A DNA stretch of 54,872 bases from NCBI GenBank assembly GCA_001929475.1, contig LXFE01000464.1:1-54872 (forward strand), read 5' to 3'. The notes under the pieces are model-generated. The model was not told the origin of the DNA and searched no databases. It was given only the letters and a program-made list of their open reading frames with translations. This DNA is from Neolecta irregularis DAH-3. Taxonomy: Eukaryota. Shown one piece after another: positions 35,909 to 48,805 of the stretch (positions are counted from its first letter, which is position 1; the number at the start of each line of letters is the position of its first letter). A program made the position numbers and the translations under genes.

Positions 35909-37250
35909 ATGCTCTTCTTCAAAATCTTTTCCCGTCTCGCGGGTTTTAGCTCTTCCAACAAATATAATAGGAAATTCGTCGTCGAGGAACAACTAGGAAA
36001 CCTGACACCTTACACCAAGGCCCCACTTCCAGAAGGTATCCTCTTCGATAAATTGCCAGATACATGTTCTGTTGTTCAAGCTTCCTTGGTATATTGTGAG
36101 AATAAACCTGTGTTGATTTATAGCTTACACGACATGGCTCAAGAAATCCTATTATATCAGATGCAAGGCCCATTATTCGACTTAAAAAGATATTAGACGA
36201 TTCCACTTTCCCAGAAGAATTGCCGCCTGCGTGGGAATTTTTACGAAGCTGGAACAATACCCTCGAATTAAACTCTTTAACGGCCAAAGGACGAAAGCAA
36301 TCTTTTGTACATGGAGTCAATTTTCGCCAAACCTATAACGCTTTGTACGATCCATCGGAAAATTTCACAGTCGTTGTCGGAGAAAAGGATCGGGTGATCG
36401 AATCGGCAGAATGGTTTCGATACGGATTCTTTGGCAAATCGGTGATGGATAGCTCATCCAGCCTTTTGATCCCCGAAGAGAACTGTAAGCCTCCACTTAT
36501 CATCATTGACTGACAAGGGAAGCAGTGTTATCTTACATAACACCCTCGTTTTCTTGCCCCAAGTGGTCATATACCGACGGACTTACAGCAGCAGCAAATT
36601 GGTCCCACATATATCTTCCACCAATTACTCAACGAATAAATACACTACTTCCAACTTTTAATTTTACGGATATAGACATTCAAGGAATGTTATTCGCTTG
36701 TCCATACGAGCTATCTCGAAACGGGAGAAGTTCATTCTGCAGTCTCTTCAACCCAAACGAAATTCTTGATTTTCAGTATCAGTTGGATATGCTGATGTAT
36801 TACGCAACTGGATATGGTTTATCGGATAATCTTGGTCCAATATTAGGAAGCTACTACGTCAAAGAACTAGTAAACCGACTCACTAAAGATGCTGCCGAAT
36901 ACACCAATTCGACTTCCCTTTTCGTAGATTTCGGTCACGATACATCCCTGGATTTTTTCTTCTCTGCGATGGGGTTTTTCAAAGACGAGCCTCAGCTGAG
37001 TGCCTTCGGACCGCGTAATGATACAAGGCTTTGGAGAACAAACTATCAAGTTCCATTTGCGGCACGAGTCGTTACAGAGAAACTATTGTGTGAGGGAGAA
37101 TTGTTTGTCCGGATAGTGTTGAATGGCAGCCCAATTAGGATGCCTTGTTCGGATGCCTATGGGATTTGTAAGATGGTAGATTTTTTGAATCTGACTGAAT
37201 GGGCGGTTAACGTTAGCCAGGAGGATATGCGGAAAATCTGTAATCATTAA
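35909..37250 (+). CDS. Histidine acid phosphatase/phytase family, 3 exons
   Basis: RHGSRNP catalytic motif after the first intron, plus LTAKG, CPYE...SSFCSLF, FGHD, VPFAAR and FVRIVLNG. Start uncertain. Confidence 0.9.
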
Positions 37251-37640
37251 GCTGCATATGTCTTATGGGATGAATAGATTATTTTCTTTTAATTAAACGA
37301 AGAAGCGAATGGTATAGTATTAGTGCTCATCGTGGTATTTTATCATCGCAGTGCTAAAATAGATAACCTCCCACCAGCAACAAAAATTAGCATCCCATTG
37401 ATCAAGGATCGCGTGAAAGCTGTGGTCTCTGGTGAATATTGAAATAATCAGAAATGTGACTTATTCAGATGCAACTCATTGAAAAGACTCAGATATGGTG
37501 ACTTCCCGAAAAGTATGATGGAGATCATAACCGACGGCTGATAAATACCCCAACAAATATAATGGAGGATCACATGAATTTTTACTGTTCCAGCTTTCTA
37601 TATTATTTTGTTATACTCTATTGGGCTGTTGATTTTTTAA

Positions 37641-38747
37641 TTAAGTTCGGTTAATCTTTTGTTTCTTCTCTGCTCGGTGTTCTTCTGATTGCTTTCGTTT
37701 CTTTTTTGGAGATTCTGAACGATTGACAATTTCTTTCGTTTCATCAGTAAGAACTTGCTTGGTCGTGTTAACCATAATATCTTTAGTCAATGACAAATCT
37801 CCATCCTCCATCTTGATAACTTTAACTTTCTCTGTTTTAATATCGATAAGCCGTTCTTTAAACCCCTTCAAATCCGCAGTAAACAAAACAGAATGAGCCC
37901 ATCCAGCATATTCCCCCCATAAATCTCGGAAAAAATCACCTACAGCATCATAAGTAGCAGCACTCATAGTCTTTGCTTTGACTCGAAACTGGTAGTCTCT
38001 CTGCGCAATTTGCCAGACGTGAGTGTCCACGGGAATTGAGCCAGGTTTATCCATCGACATCAAACAAACACAGTCAGCAACTTTCGGACCGACACCTGAT
38101 AATTCAAGTAGACTTTCTTTGGCTTCTTTGTAATCGCTATGACGAAGTGATTCGAGCCATCCAGGTGGCTTTTGAGCGATCAATTGGGCCGTCTTGGAGA
38201 TGTACTTTGCGCGATATCCGAAACCCATTGTCCGCAGTTCATTCTCGACTGAACTTCCGATTAACGAAGAAACGTCTGGAAACGAATAAAACTGAAAATC
38301 GGATGCTGTTCCGAGATAGGTGCCGTACTTTGAGCAGAGTCGATCGATCATGAGGCTTATTCTCGGAATATTATTATTCGAAGAGCAGATAAAGGAAACG
38401 ACATTCTCCCAACAATCCTGTCTCAATATTCTCACACCCGCGAATTTGAGACTCTTGTTCTGGAAATTTGGGTCACGGGTAGACCAATACTGATACAGCT
38501 CTCTGAGCTTTATTTTTAATTGGAAATAATCATGTAAAATGATGTGTGTATCGTCTTCGACAGGTGCTTTTGGGAATATGGATTGATACTGGATTGAATC
38601 GACATTCTGCCTCAAGGAAACTATTCGGCCTTTGAGGGTTGTAGTCCATTCATTGTCTGCGGTTTTCTTCCAGCGAAATGACTGGCCACATTTCAAAGTT
38701 GTATCTAGGCAAAGCTCTGATCGAGGAACAACAAGTGTTTTCCACAT
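37641..38747 (-). CDS. OGG1: 8-oxoguanine DNA glycosylase/AP lyase, intronless
   Basis: TLKCGQSFRW, ICSSNNNIPRI, GFGYRAKYI, GVGPKVADCV, IPVDTHVWQIA, YAGWAHSVLF. Confidence 0.97.
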   Translation of the reverse strand: MWKTLVVPRSELCLDTTLKCGQSFRWKKTADNEWTTTLKGRIVSLRQNVDSIQYQSIFPKAPVEDDTHIILHDYFQLKIKLRELYQYWSTRDPNFQNKSLKFAGVRILRQDCWENVVSFICSSNNNIPRISLMIDRLCSKYGTYLGTASDFQFYSFPDVSSLIGSSVENELRTMGFGYRAKYISKTAQLIAQKPPGWLESLRHSDYKEAKESLLELSGVGPKVADCVCLMSMDKPGSIPVDTHVWQIAQRDYQFRVKAKTMSAATYDAVGDFFRDLWGEYAGWAHSVLFTADLKGFKERLIDIKTEKVKVIKMEDGDLSLTKDIMVNTTKQVLTDETKEIVNRSESPKKKRKQSEEHRAEKKQKINRT

Positions 38748-38944
38748 AATTACTCTTAAGCCGGATTCATCCGAAGTCGTGGAAAATCGGACTTCCCCTG
38801 ATTTGTTTACTTCGGCTCGAAAGTGAACACCAATCTATTCTCATCTCCACAAAATCAGCCTCCAACTGCTCGTCAATCAGCAACATCAACATTCCCGTTA
38901 TCGCTACGCCGAAAAGAAATTTCAGTTTTCACTGATCCCGTCCC

Positions 38945-41542
38945 ATGTCCTCTGAATCTTCCATCGCGGTCACTGGTATGCCCCCTATGCGCATTTGGGT
39001 CTAGAGCATAGTTCGTGTTCGCCCATTTACGCATAATGAAGCCTCCCAGCTCGCTCCTGCATCAATTGACTCGCCTTTTTTTGGAGATGGTTCGCTATCT
39101 GGTGTGACACCCTCAGCACTACACACCAATAGGGTCCGCCGAGTCGTCCAAGTCTTAGACGAGCGGGTCTTGGTGTTCGATCCTCCTGAGGATAATCCAA
39201 TAGCGAAATATCAAAAGACTTTGTTAAATTCTGGAAAGAAAGTTAAGGATATTCGTTATGCTTTTGACAGGATCTTTGACCAGAATTCGAGCCAGGAGGA
39301 GGTTTGACAGGACCAAGCATCATATACTTATTGCAGGTCTATTCGAAGACTGTTCAGCCTTTGATAAATGGGCTTTTTGAAGGGTATAATGCTACAGTAT
39401 TCGCATATGGAGCGACGGGTTGCGGTAAAACGCATACAACCAGGTACAACTTAGCAATACGGAAAACTTACGGTGAAGCGGCACTCCCGAAGATCCAGGC
39501 CTTATATTTTTGACAATGAGAGAACTTTTTGAAAAGATTACGGATATTAAAGATGACAAAAGTGTGGAATTATCACTGTCATATCTAGAGATATACAATG
39601 AAAATATTCGGGATTTATTAATTCCGGGTGGCTCAACAAGAACGTTGACAATTCGAGAGGATTCAAATAAAAAGATTACGGTAACTGGATTGTCTACACA
39701 AATACCTACATCGGTATATTTCTTATAGATATCACTGAGCAGCTAGATCAATGAAGTTATGGGAATGATTTTAGTGGGAAACGCGAATCGTACCATGTCA
39801 CCAACCGAAGCAAATGCTGTGTCATCACGCTCTCACGCGGTTCTACAAATAAATATACTCCAAAAACCTCGAACTGCGGGCCTGAGCGAAAATCACACAC
39901 TGGCGACTCTCAGTATTATCGATTTGGCTGGAAGTGAACGTGCCTCGGCAACGAAAAACAAAGGTGACCGGCTACTTGAAGGAGCCAATATTAACCGGTC
40001 ACTCTTAGGTATTGCTATTTACAGGTAGCTAGCTGACACATAGCTCTTGGAAATTGTATCAATGCCCTTTGCGATCCCCATCGACGAAACCATGTACCCT
40101 TCCGAGATTCAAAACTCACTCGACTCCTAAAGTTCTCTTTAGGCGGTAATTGTAAAACCGTTATGATCGTTTGCGTTTCCCCAAGCTCTTTACACTATGA
40201 TGAAACACATAATACGCTCAAATATGGCAATCGAGCCAAGAACATCAAGACGAAGGTATCTAGGAATTTTATTAGCGTGGATCGGCACGTAGGTCAATAT
40301 GTCAAAGCTATTTATGAATTACGTCAGGAGGTCGAAGAACTGAAGAAAAAGCTTGCTCAAAAAGACACCGAGAACGGGGTTGTCATAAAGGATCCTAGAT
40401 GGGCACGGACTAGAGATGACAAAATTCGCACTATTTCAAATGCTATTGAGCGAGATTTTAGGGAGCAGCAGCATGTGCTGAAAGATTTGATGGAGCTGGA
40501 ACAACTCAATGAGCTGATCAACATTTCGAGCATCTGGCTTCAAGCTCTCTCCTCGAATTCTCAAGAATCACAGCGGGAATTTACTGAAAGACAACTCACG
40601 CACCTGCAATCTAAAAAGGATATTTTGAATAACCGAATACTTCATTCGTCGGCACAACTGAATATCGATCAAACTATCACAGAGGGAGTTTCAGCATTAA
40701 AAGTTGTCAAGTCGGATGACGAGAACATCCTTTTGTTTGAAAGCCAAGCTCGTGAGATGATGAGTGCCCACTATGTTAATATCACGGAACAAAAATGTGA
40801 GGCCTTTCGTACTAGGGGAACATCGAGAGCTATAAGAGAATTATTATTAAAATTAATGGAAATTCAAATATCCTCGAGCGGTGATACCTCTGTCCTCGAT
40901 TCTGTCAATTCACTTGTTACCAAAAATGCAGAATTACCTCAGGACAATAACCCGTCTCCATCAACCGGTTCTACTCACGTTCCGACTTCAACTGCTCCTA
41001 CTCACATATCGACTTTTAAGTTCCCACCAACGACAATACCAACAGGAATCCCTTCCCCCGCAAGATCGACATCACCAAGGCTTTTCAGAACTCGGACCCC
41101 AAGAAAGTCAGTCAGTTTTCCTCACAAAAAGAAGAAGAGTGTTCGTTTCGCCGACCTTGAAGAGAAGTGGGTAGATGAAGTGCCTGAGAACGAATCATCC
41201 TCTTCACAACCAGCGTTATCCTCATTTATATCCCCTGCAAAACGCAAACTCACTTTTCACAATCCTGACGATTCAACAAGCTCATCGCCAGCCGATGACA
41301 GCATTCTTACAATAACTTCTAACACTGAACATGTTCTAAAGCCCTCTTTAAAACAAATGACCTCACTTAAAGGTCCCATTCGCAAACATTCTCGAAATAG
41401 GTTCGTCCCAAGTCCGTATAGCAAGAAAGCTCCTAGCCGTGAGAATAAAGAGAATGAAGGTGTAAGAAGTGGAGCTCGACGGATAATTTTTAATAGCACA
41501 AGAGAAAGCGGAGGAAAGAGTAGGGGACGAAAATGGAGGTAG
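38945..41542 (+). CDS. KIP3: Kinesin-8 (Kip3/Klp5/Klp6-like), multi-exon
   Basis: VRVRPF, P-loop [55 protein letters not shown], and a coiled coil with a low-complexity tail. Confidence 0.95.
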
Positions 41543-41828
41543 ACATTTGCATATCTTTGTATTATTTTTGTTGGGATTCTTTCAATTGCGGTTTGCGAGG
41601 TTCTTGTTTTATGTACATTTTCATTTCATATTTAGAAACGTTTCATGAGCGATAGTTCCTGATGCCGTTTTTTCCTGCAAAGTATGGTAAACTGGATACT
41701 TGTATTTCTCTCAAAATGCCATAATTCATAGATAGAGAGAGATACAGATACAGATACAGATGGAGACGGTGATGATAACTAAACATAGAGCCCGGGACTA
41801 CGAACTGCGCAGATGTATCTGTTATTCA

Positions 41829-42461
41829 CTATTCCATACACAGACTGGGCTTTTCTTTCTGCGGGTCAACCTCTTCGTGATTTTTGCTTTCGAACAATCG
41901 ATTTGCAAATCTGCGGCGAGTGCTAATGGTAGATGACATGGGAACTTTAACCTTGGGCATCATCCTGGAAACCTTTAATCTTGGGGCGGGATCTTGAAGG
42001 ACAAATGGTTTATTCGGCTGAACGTCTACTGGAGTGAACGACTTTACTGTTAGCCCACGCTTTAACACAGGAAGTCCGAATACTTGTTTCGCGAATGGAT
42101 TGTCTAATCTGAATGATTTCGGGGTCAAAGATGAGAAGAGCCCATCTATGGAAGAATCGGTCTGATGATGGCCTTCTGTAGCCTGTGAATCGCCAAATGA
42201 AGAACGAATGACGAATGACGAATGATGATATGCATCGCTCTCTTGATTGATTGTGAGAGGCGAAACAGTGGACTCGACGGCAAATCTATTCGATGGCTCA
42301 CTTTCATCGTACAGGTATGTCATGACATGCGACGAGAACTCGACCCTGCTAACGGTGACAGGAATTTGTGGGTTATGCAACTCTAGAATGCTCTGAATCC
42401 GAACTGGTCCAGCAGTGGTGGAGGTGAGAAGTATGCTGAGAGAGCAAAATAGAGCCAACAT
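41829..42461 (-). CDS. Hypothetical, probably secreted protein (alternative upstream ATG at 42578)
   Basis: 249-aa ORF. The second Met begins a signal-peptide-like MLALFCSLSILLTSTTAGP. No known domain recognised. Confidence 0.55.
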   Translation of the reverse strand: MLALFCSLSILLTSTTAGPVRIQSILELHNPQIPVTVSRVEFSSHVMTYLYDESEPSNRFAVESTVSPLTINQESDAYHHSSFVIRSSFGDSQATEGHHQTDSSIDGLFSSLTPKSFRLDNPFAKQVFGLPVLKRGLTVKSFTPVDVQPNKPFVLQDPAPRLKVSRMMPKVKVPMSSTISTRRRFANRLFESKNHEEVDPQKEKPSLCME

Positions 42462-43105
42462 GACTTGTGTATTGCACTTCGGGTGAGCAATTCGACCGTA
42501 GTCATATAGTTCAGGGGAAAATCTAGACTCTCTTAATATGGAGAAGGGAAATTGGGGCTTGAGACTTATTTGCGGCATGGTGAATGAAGATATAAGAAAG
42601 GAAGTAGTTGAAGAAATGTATTATCCTTTCTTAAAACCCCACATTGAGGAGGGTGATCGGTCTTTTACTATCGAGAATTACTAATCTTTTTGATCTTGAT
42701 GCTCCATATTCTAGAGTCTTCGAGATGGTGGTCTTCCCATGACCATAGGGCTTTGTGGACCCTTCATAGGTAACATTCATCTCGTGCGATTCAAATTGGG
42801 CATGACTGTCACAATTTTACTGAAGCCACCATGTGGGATTAATATTATAAGGAACAACTTCGACAGTAAGCACTGCTTTGAAGAATTTCATTTCTGCCTC
42901 TATTAAGTCTGCTGCAAGATGAAATCCCTAGAATTCAACGGTTTCATCTCGTTATTCAAAGACATTCCCAACGTGGTCTCAATTAAATTGCGTTCATCCA
43001 TGAGTATCAAACAATCTTTGTCACATCTAGCAATTTCTCATGCATGATTTGGTTTTGTTTCTAGTGAGGTATGACTTTTTGACACACTGGGAGAACAATG
43101 GTACG

Positions 43106-44239
43106 CTAGATTTCGGACTGCCTAACTTCGACAGAGATTTGATTTACAATACTTCCGATATTCTTGATCTCAGTCTCCACAATATCACCGTCTTCGAGCC
43201 ATTTTGGGGGGCTGAATGCCACACCCACACCTATGTATCAATATTTTCCACCATTGTTAGATAGTACCCTCTGGAGTCCCAGTAAAGATGAGATCACCTG
43301 GTAGTAATGTCGTTCCAGATGATAAAAACGACACGATCTTTTGAACCTTGAAAATAAAGTCAGAGGTATTCGAGTATTGCCGTTGTTCATTATTAATTTT
43401 GCAAGAAATTTTAAGGTTCCCTGGATCGCCAATGACCTAGAGATTAATCAGCCTACAGACTTCGGACATCTTACGGCTTTCGTTACGATAGCTGGACCGA
43501 TTGGTGCCCATGTATCAAAGCCTTTTATGTCAATAACCTGCAGTCTTTTGGCAAACGGTTGATTTACATTTCCCAAAATTCCACTGGCCTCCTCCACCAT
43601 TGACCTGCCAGTAACGTTGCGAGACGTCGTTTCCAACCGTATAACCAAATACATAATCCAGGGCATCGGCCTCGGGAACATCACGGGCTTGTTTGCCAAT
43701 AACGATTACCTGGAGATTAGCTTGGTTCCATACTCTCGTTTAACCAATTCTGCTTCGTAGTCCAGACCAGGGCGATCCTGAGCGATGAGAGGAACTTTGA
43801 TAGGATCTGTTGGGCCAGAAAGGGATGTTACTGGCTTGTAACTTTTGTCAATAACAAGGCCACGCTAGGTGGCATACAATAGTGTAGGATACTTTGGGAT
43901 CGGCATGTTTGTCATCGGTTAGCACGAGGATATCTTTTGTAGTACCTCAATAGCATGTCTTCAGTTATGAATACAATCGCTAGCTGGCGAATACCTTCCG
44001 TAATTGAATCCCAAACATCTTATTGTTCGCACTTGAGAAGGATTCAACGGTGAAAGCAATTTTTTAACTTCCAAAATTTGATCTGTGAACTGATAATCTC
44101 CAAAGATATCTCCTGTGACTATTCGAGCAGACCTTGCAGCAGCAGAATCTGTGACACCGTTCGGGAGGATTGCGTCCCCAAAATATACCGAATTATCGAT
44201 GGCAAGGAAACGAATTAACCGTGAAATAGTTCTCGACAT
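43106..44239 (-). CDS. Fumarylacetoacetate hydrolase family protein (FAHD-like), multi-exon
   Basis: [72 protein letters not shown]. One intron has an anomalous acceptor (see findings). Confidence 0.92.
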
Positions 44240-44388
44240 CTTGAAAAATTAAAGGGAGGATTTCCAAAAATGGCACCTAGTGTGAGTTGATTTCGCGTAT
44301 ACTCCAGTTCGTCTTAGACTGATAATTGGATGTCCTAGGATTGTTGCAAGCTATGTGCTTAGAAGTAGGATAAGACAAAGTGTTATAA

Positions 44389-44446
44389 CTAGCCTAAGTA
44401 TTCGTACTTCTTACAAGGGACATACCTAGCCTAAGTATTTGTACTT
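44389..44446. repeat. Direct repeat, 21 bp x2 (ctagcctaagtattYgtactt)
   Basis: Copies at 44389-44409 and 44426-44446 with one mismatch. Confidence 0.8.
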
Positions 44447-45513
44447 GGCTAGGAATATCTAACTTCCGCCTTCATATACTTCCTGTCAAGCCACCTTGCC
44501 GTATTGGTAAGATATACCCTTTGGGTATATCCTTAAAATTCCACAGAATAGAGTAACTAGCTCTATTCAGCAGTCGGTTGTCGACTCGAGTGAAACACAG
44601 GTCTACTTATACAATACTCTATCCGAAGCCCTGTTCTCACTACCGGGCGCCTTTTCCATGGATCTTTTCTACCTTACTTGAACGTATTCTACATTTGGTT
44701 GCTGAAAATCCGTTTACTTTCGGCTGCTGCTGCTGCTGTCCTTTTTGTGTCTATTTGTGTATCCGTCTCGAGGGTTGGAATAGAGATATCAGTATGGGGT
44801 AATACTCGATATGATTATCCAATAGGGTCCTTGGGTGTGAAATACTAGTATTTATGTAAATCCAGGGTCTCCGGGGCCTGCCATGGATGATATTAAGCAG
44901 TGAAGCTCAACAATAGACACTCGGACGGCGCGTACATATGCGTCGGCAGAGCTATCCTTGAAATATTCTTGAAGCAACATGTTACATTCCAGGCAAGAAA
45001 TGATGAAATTGCGTCTGAATTCAAATATGGGACCTATTCGTTCACGATTTGGAACAGCCGACGTATGACTAGCCATGTGGGTGGGTCTGCTAGTCTCGAC
45101 AGGCGATGCGGGCAAATTTCTAAATAGACAACTAAATACTCTGGAACCCACAGGGGGGAGTTCTCGGACTTCTATAGCGCCGGATTTTATTCAATGTTGA
45201 TGGGGATTATGGATGGAACATCCTTGTTATTTATCTGGACCGAAGATTCATAGCTGACACATCCACCACACCAATAAATAGCCGCCTCTTTGTTCCTGAC
45301 CAACACCCGCTTCGACTTTTGTGATCCAAGTTATTGTTTAGGCATTTCTGCTTTACCAATATCTTTGTATAGGCAGCTCTGCTTGACAAATTTCTTACTG
45401 CTGCTTGGAGGTCGTCAACCCCGATTCGGTAATCCCATTCATTGAGGCAGCTCATTCGCCATCTCTCTCGCTCCGCCATCGTTCTGCTCTACTCCTTCCT
45501 GTCAAACAGCGCC

Positions 45514-46812
45514 ATGGCACACGCAGCTGCTTACACTGCCATTCTCAACGAGTTAAACCGCGACATCTCCAGAGCTCAACCAAAAGATATCATCCAATTT
45601 TGCGCCAACTTCTTCAATCGGAAATTAGAATCTGAACGGGCTGAACGAATGGCAAATCCATGTATGTTCTGGAGTTTCATAAAGCTAACGAGTTCCAGCT
45701 GCTGAAACAAAGACCTCGCCATCCTTAGTAGCGCGTTCACCTACCCATCAGGCTTCTAGTCTTTCTGGGTCCCCACCTGCCTCAGGAAGCTCACTATTCC
45801 GAGGTCATCAAACCCAGGAAGCAGTACCAGCTCATTATAACCTTCTTCGACGAACTTCTGTCTCTGCCGAAAGTATGGTTCCAACAGCAGAGGACTATGT
45901 TCGTATCTCTATACCCAAGACGCAGTCTCAAATGGCACGAATCTCTCAATCAATAAGCAACAACCTTCTATTCAAAAATCTGGACGAAGATCAGCATAGA
46001 GACGTATTGGATGCTATGGCGGAGAAACGCATTCAAGCTAAAAATGAGGTCGTCATACGCCAAGGTGATGTCGGCGATTACTTTTACATTGTAGAAACAG
46101 GAGAATTCGATGTTTATGTTAAAGGTCCCCGTGATGAGGTTGGCAAGAAAGTCGCAAGTATCGTCAGCGGCGGCTCATTCGGAGAACTTGCACTGATGTA
46201 CAACGCTCCTCGAGCTGCCACGGTGATTTGTTCAAGTGAGGGCGGTGCTATATTGTGGGCATTAGACAGAATTACGTTCCGCAGAATTTTGATGGAGAAT
46301 ACTAGTCGAAAACGGAGAATGTATGAACATTTTTTGTCGACTGTTCCTATTTTGTCAAGTCTCGAGGGTTATGAACGGCAAAAAATCGCTGATGCTCTTG
46401 ACACGGTGGTTTATGCGGAAGGTAATACGGTAATCCGTCAGGGCGATATTGGCGAACAATTTTTCATCATTGAGTTTGGCGAAGCGAATGTTGTGAAAGA
46501 AGGTGAAGGAACTGTCGCCAGACTTGGCAAGGGTGATTATTTTGGAGGTAAACCCCCTCTTCTTCCTCCGTCTCACTTCTAGAACTCGCACTACTTAACG
46601 ATGCGCCCCGAGCTGCTACAGTTGTCGCAATCACGCGTTTAAAGGTTGCAACCCTTGGAAAACGAGCATTCAATCGACTTTTGGGGCCTGTTGTTGAAAT
46701 TATGAAACGTAAGGAACGGCAAATGCGAGGACCTCAGGCCGGTAACGAAGGAGACATCAGTCCTCGTGCAGGTGTTAGCAATGGACCGATGGCTCTCCAG
46801 TCAATTGCTTAA
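45514..46812 (+). CDS. BCY1: cAMP-dependent protein kinase regulatory subunit, 3 exons
   Basis: Dimerisation/docking domain [13 protein letters not shown], inhibitor site RRTSVSAES, and two cNMP cassettes [16 protein letters not shown] and [16 protein letters not shown]. Confidence 0.97.
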
Positions 46813-47539
46813 AGTTATCGAATGTAGTGCTTTTAAATTTTTCAGTGCAATGGCTAGTTTGAGGTTTTTATTTATTTTTGAATTCGTGTGAGTAGATCTG
46901 GAAGTAAGGGTGATTAGTGTTTAGCTAGGTTTGTCTGTTATGAGTGCATCTTTAACATGAATGCCAGTACTTGGAAATAGTAATATTTCGAAGATTGGAT
47001 TTATGATGGAACAGCTACTGCACTTCGTGACACATGCAGGTTGCTACTGTCTGAAAGGCTGGGGTTCTTTCTGCCCTTTGATGATGTCAAGAAAAGAGAC
47101 AGGGGCGGATAATATTCCTCTATATAAAAGAACAGAACAGTATGTAGCTATATATCTCAGCTTCTACGTCGTCAAAGAGGTAAAATAAGCAATAAAGGGA
47201 AACAGAAAATGCTGCACTCCGAAAGCTACCTAGCGACTCCTCAGGCGTCCGGATACTCCCGATGATCGAGGATACTCCAGGGTAAACGACAGCCATAGGA
47301 CGAGGCTCTCCCTCCTTCCGACTTGTTGATGTTCTCAGGAACTGTAGGGGGCACGGATCCAGATGAGAAAGATAAGGACTGTAGGCAATAATGATTTGGG
47401 ATAGTGATATCGGAGTGGGGATAACGATGCATTATGTTGGCAACAGTAGTGCGTGGGCGCGGGAAATGTCCAAGGTACGACAACTTGAAATAATATTAAT
47501 CACATTCTACTCTATTAATACTACAGTGGTACTAGAGGG

Positions 47540-48436
47540 TTACAAACAACACTTGCTGGATGTAGGGTCTACTTCGTTGTTCAAATGTCTCATAAACATA
47601 ATACACTTATAACGGTCCTTGGTTTTCTTCCTAGAGACAATAGCCCCCATAATAGCAACAAATAACTCTCCCTTCTCATATCGTAGTGCAATCTTTAAAA
47701 CGTCATATCGTGACATGGCAAGTTCAATCGCGCCATCATGAATGAGCGTAGATATCCACATTGATATCATCTCAGAGTCGAGGATACCTGCAAGATAAAG
47801 TTCCACACAAAAAAGGCACAATGCCCGGTCTCCGAGCATATACCCTGATTGATTCAGCATACATGCTTCCAACTCTTTAATGAGTTCGCCTTTGAATTTA
47901 GAGGCTGTTTTGGCCATTCCTAAACGCGGTAGACGTGATAGCAATTCCACAATTTCAAATGTTGCTTCTTTAGGGTATAAGGAGCCAAAAATGAGCCACT
48001 CTTGACATGAATTAAATATTGGGGAGTATCTTATGTCTGCTTTCATTGAGAGAAGAGAAGGAGTTGGTGAATACACAATTTTTGGCCATCTTTCTCGAAG
48101 GTGAGAAGGGGGAGTTGAAGGCATATTGTTTAGGCGTGCTTGGGTTTGGGAGACAGGTATAGCTTTATTTGTGTCCTGGTTTGAAGAAGTCTTTTCAAAA
48201 CAAGGCAAAGCTTGGAATAGAGGAGATATGACTTCTTCCACTGTTTCTGGTGAGGAAAGAGTTGAGCAAAGATCCGGGGTTGGCCGCCTTTCCGGTTGTG
48301 CAAGAGGAGATTGATTTTGTTTGCATTGAACTTCTTCTAGTTGGAATGGAGCATCCAGTGATACTAATGAGATATCAGACTCTTTCATCATTGGTGGTGG
48401 GTTAGATTCCAAGTACCACGTGTGCAAGAAATTCAT
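47540..48436 (-). CDS. Hypothetical protein with a possible MIF4G-like helical C-terminal region; further 3-prime exons possible
   Basis: 298-aa ORF. A disordered Pro/Ser-rich half is followed by FKGELIKELE...RALCLFCVELYLAGILDSEMISMWISTLI. Confidence 0.55.
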   Translation of the reverse strand: MNFLHTWYLESNPPPMMKESDISLVSLDAPFQLEEVQCKQNQSPLAQPERRPTPDLCSTLSSPETVEEVISPLFQALPCFEKTSSNQDTNKAIPVSQTQARLNNMPSTPPSHLRERWPKIVYSPTPSLLSMKADIRYSPIFNSCQEWLIFGSLYPKEATFEIVELLSRLPRLGMAKTASKFKGELIKELEACMLNQSGYMLGDRALCLFCVELYLAGILDSEMISMWISTLIHDGAIELAMSRYDVLKIALRYEKGELFVAIMGAIVSRKKTKDRYKCIMFMRHLNNEVDPTSSKCCL

Positions 48437-48467
48437 AACCGCTTAATTGAACTCTCTGCTCTTCACA

Positions 48468-48794
48468 ATGCTATTATCAAGGCTTATGCCCAGGTATCGC
48501 TTTATATTTACTCATGCTCACACAACTAGAGCATTATTTTTCTCCTCAACCTTACGTCCCGCAGTCAGTCAATTAACTATTTCAATATCCCGCTTCAGGC
48601 CTAGTTCCCAGCCTTTCTCAAATCCCTTCAACAATATCCTGACTCGGCCAAGATGCTTTGGCAACGAGTATCAACCATCCATGCGTGTGCGAAAACGGAG
48701 ACACGGATTTCTTGCGCGTTTAAAATCGAAAAAGGGCGGAAGACGGATTCTCGAGCGGAGGAGAACAAAAGGAAGATACTATTTAACTCATTGA
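48468..48794 (+). CDS. MRPL34: Mitochondrial ribosomal protein bL34m
   Basis: Arg/Ser-rich presequence, then [44 protein letters not shown]. Confidence 0.95.
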   Translation: MLLSRLMPRYRFIFTHAHTTRALFFSSTLRPAVSQLTISISRFRPSSQPFSNPFNNILTRPRCFGNEYQPSMRVRKRRHGFLARLKSKKGGRRILERRRTKGRYYLTH

Positions 48795-48805
48795 CATGTA
48801 TATAT

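Noticed and set aside
41731..41761. (GA)n and (GATACA)3 microsatellite
   Set aside because: Ordinary short simple repeat in a convergent intergenic region.
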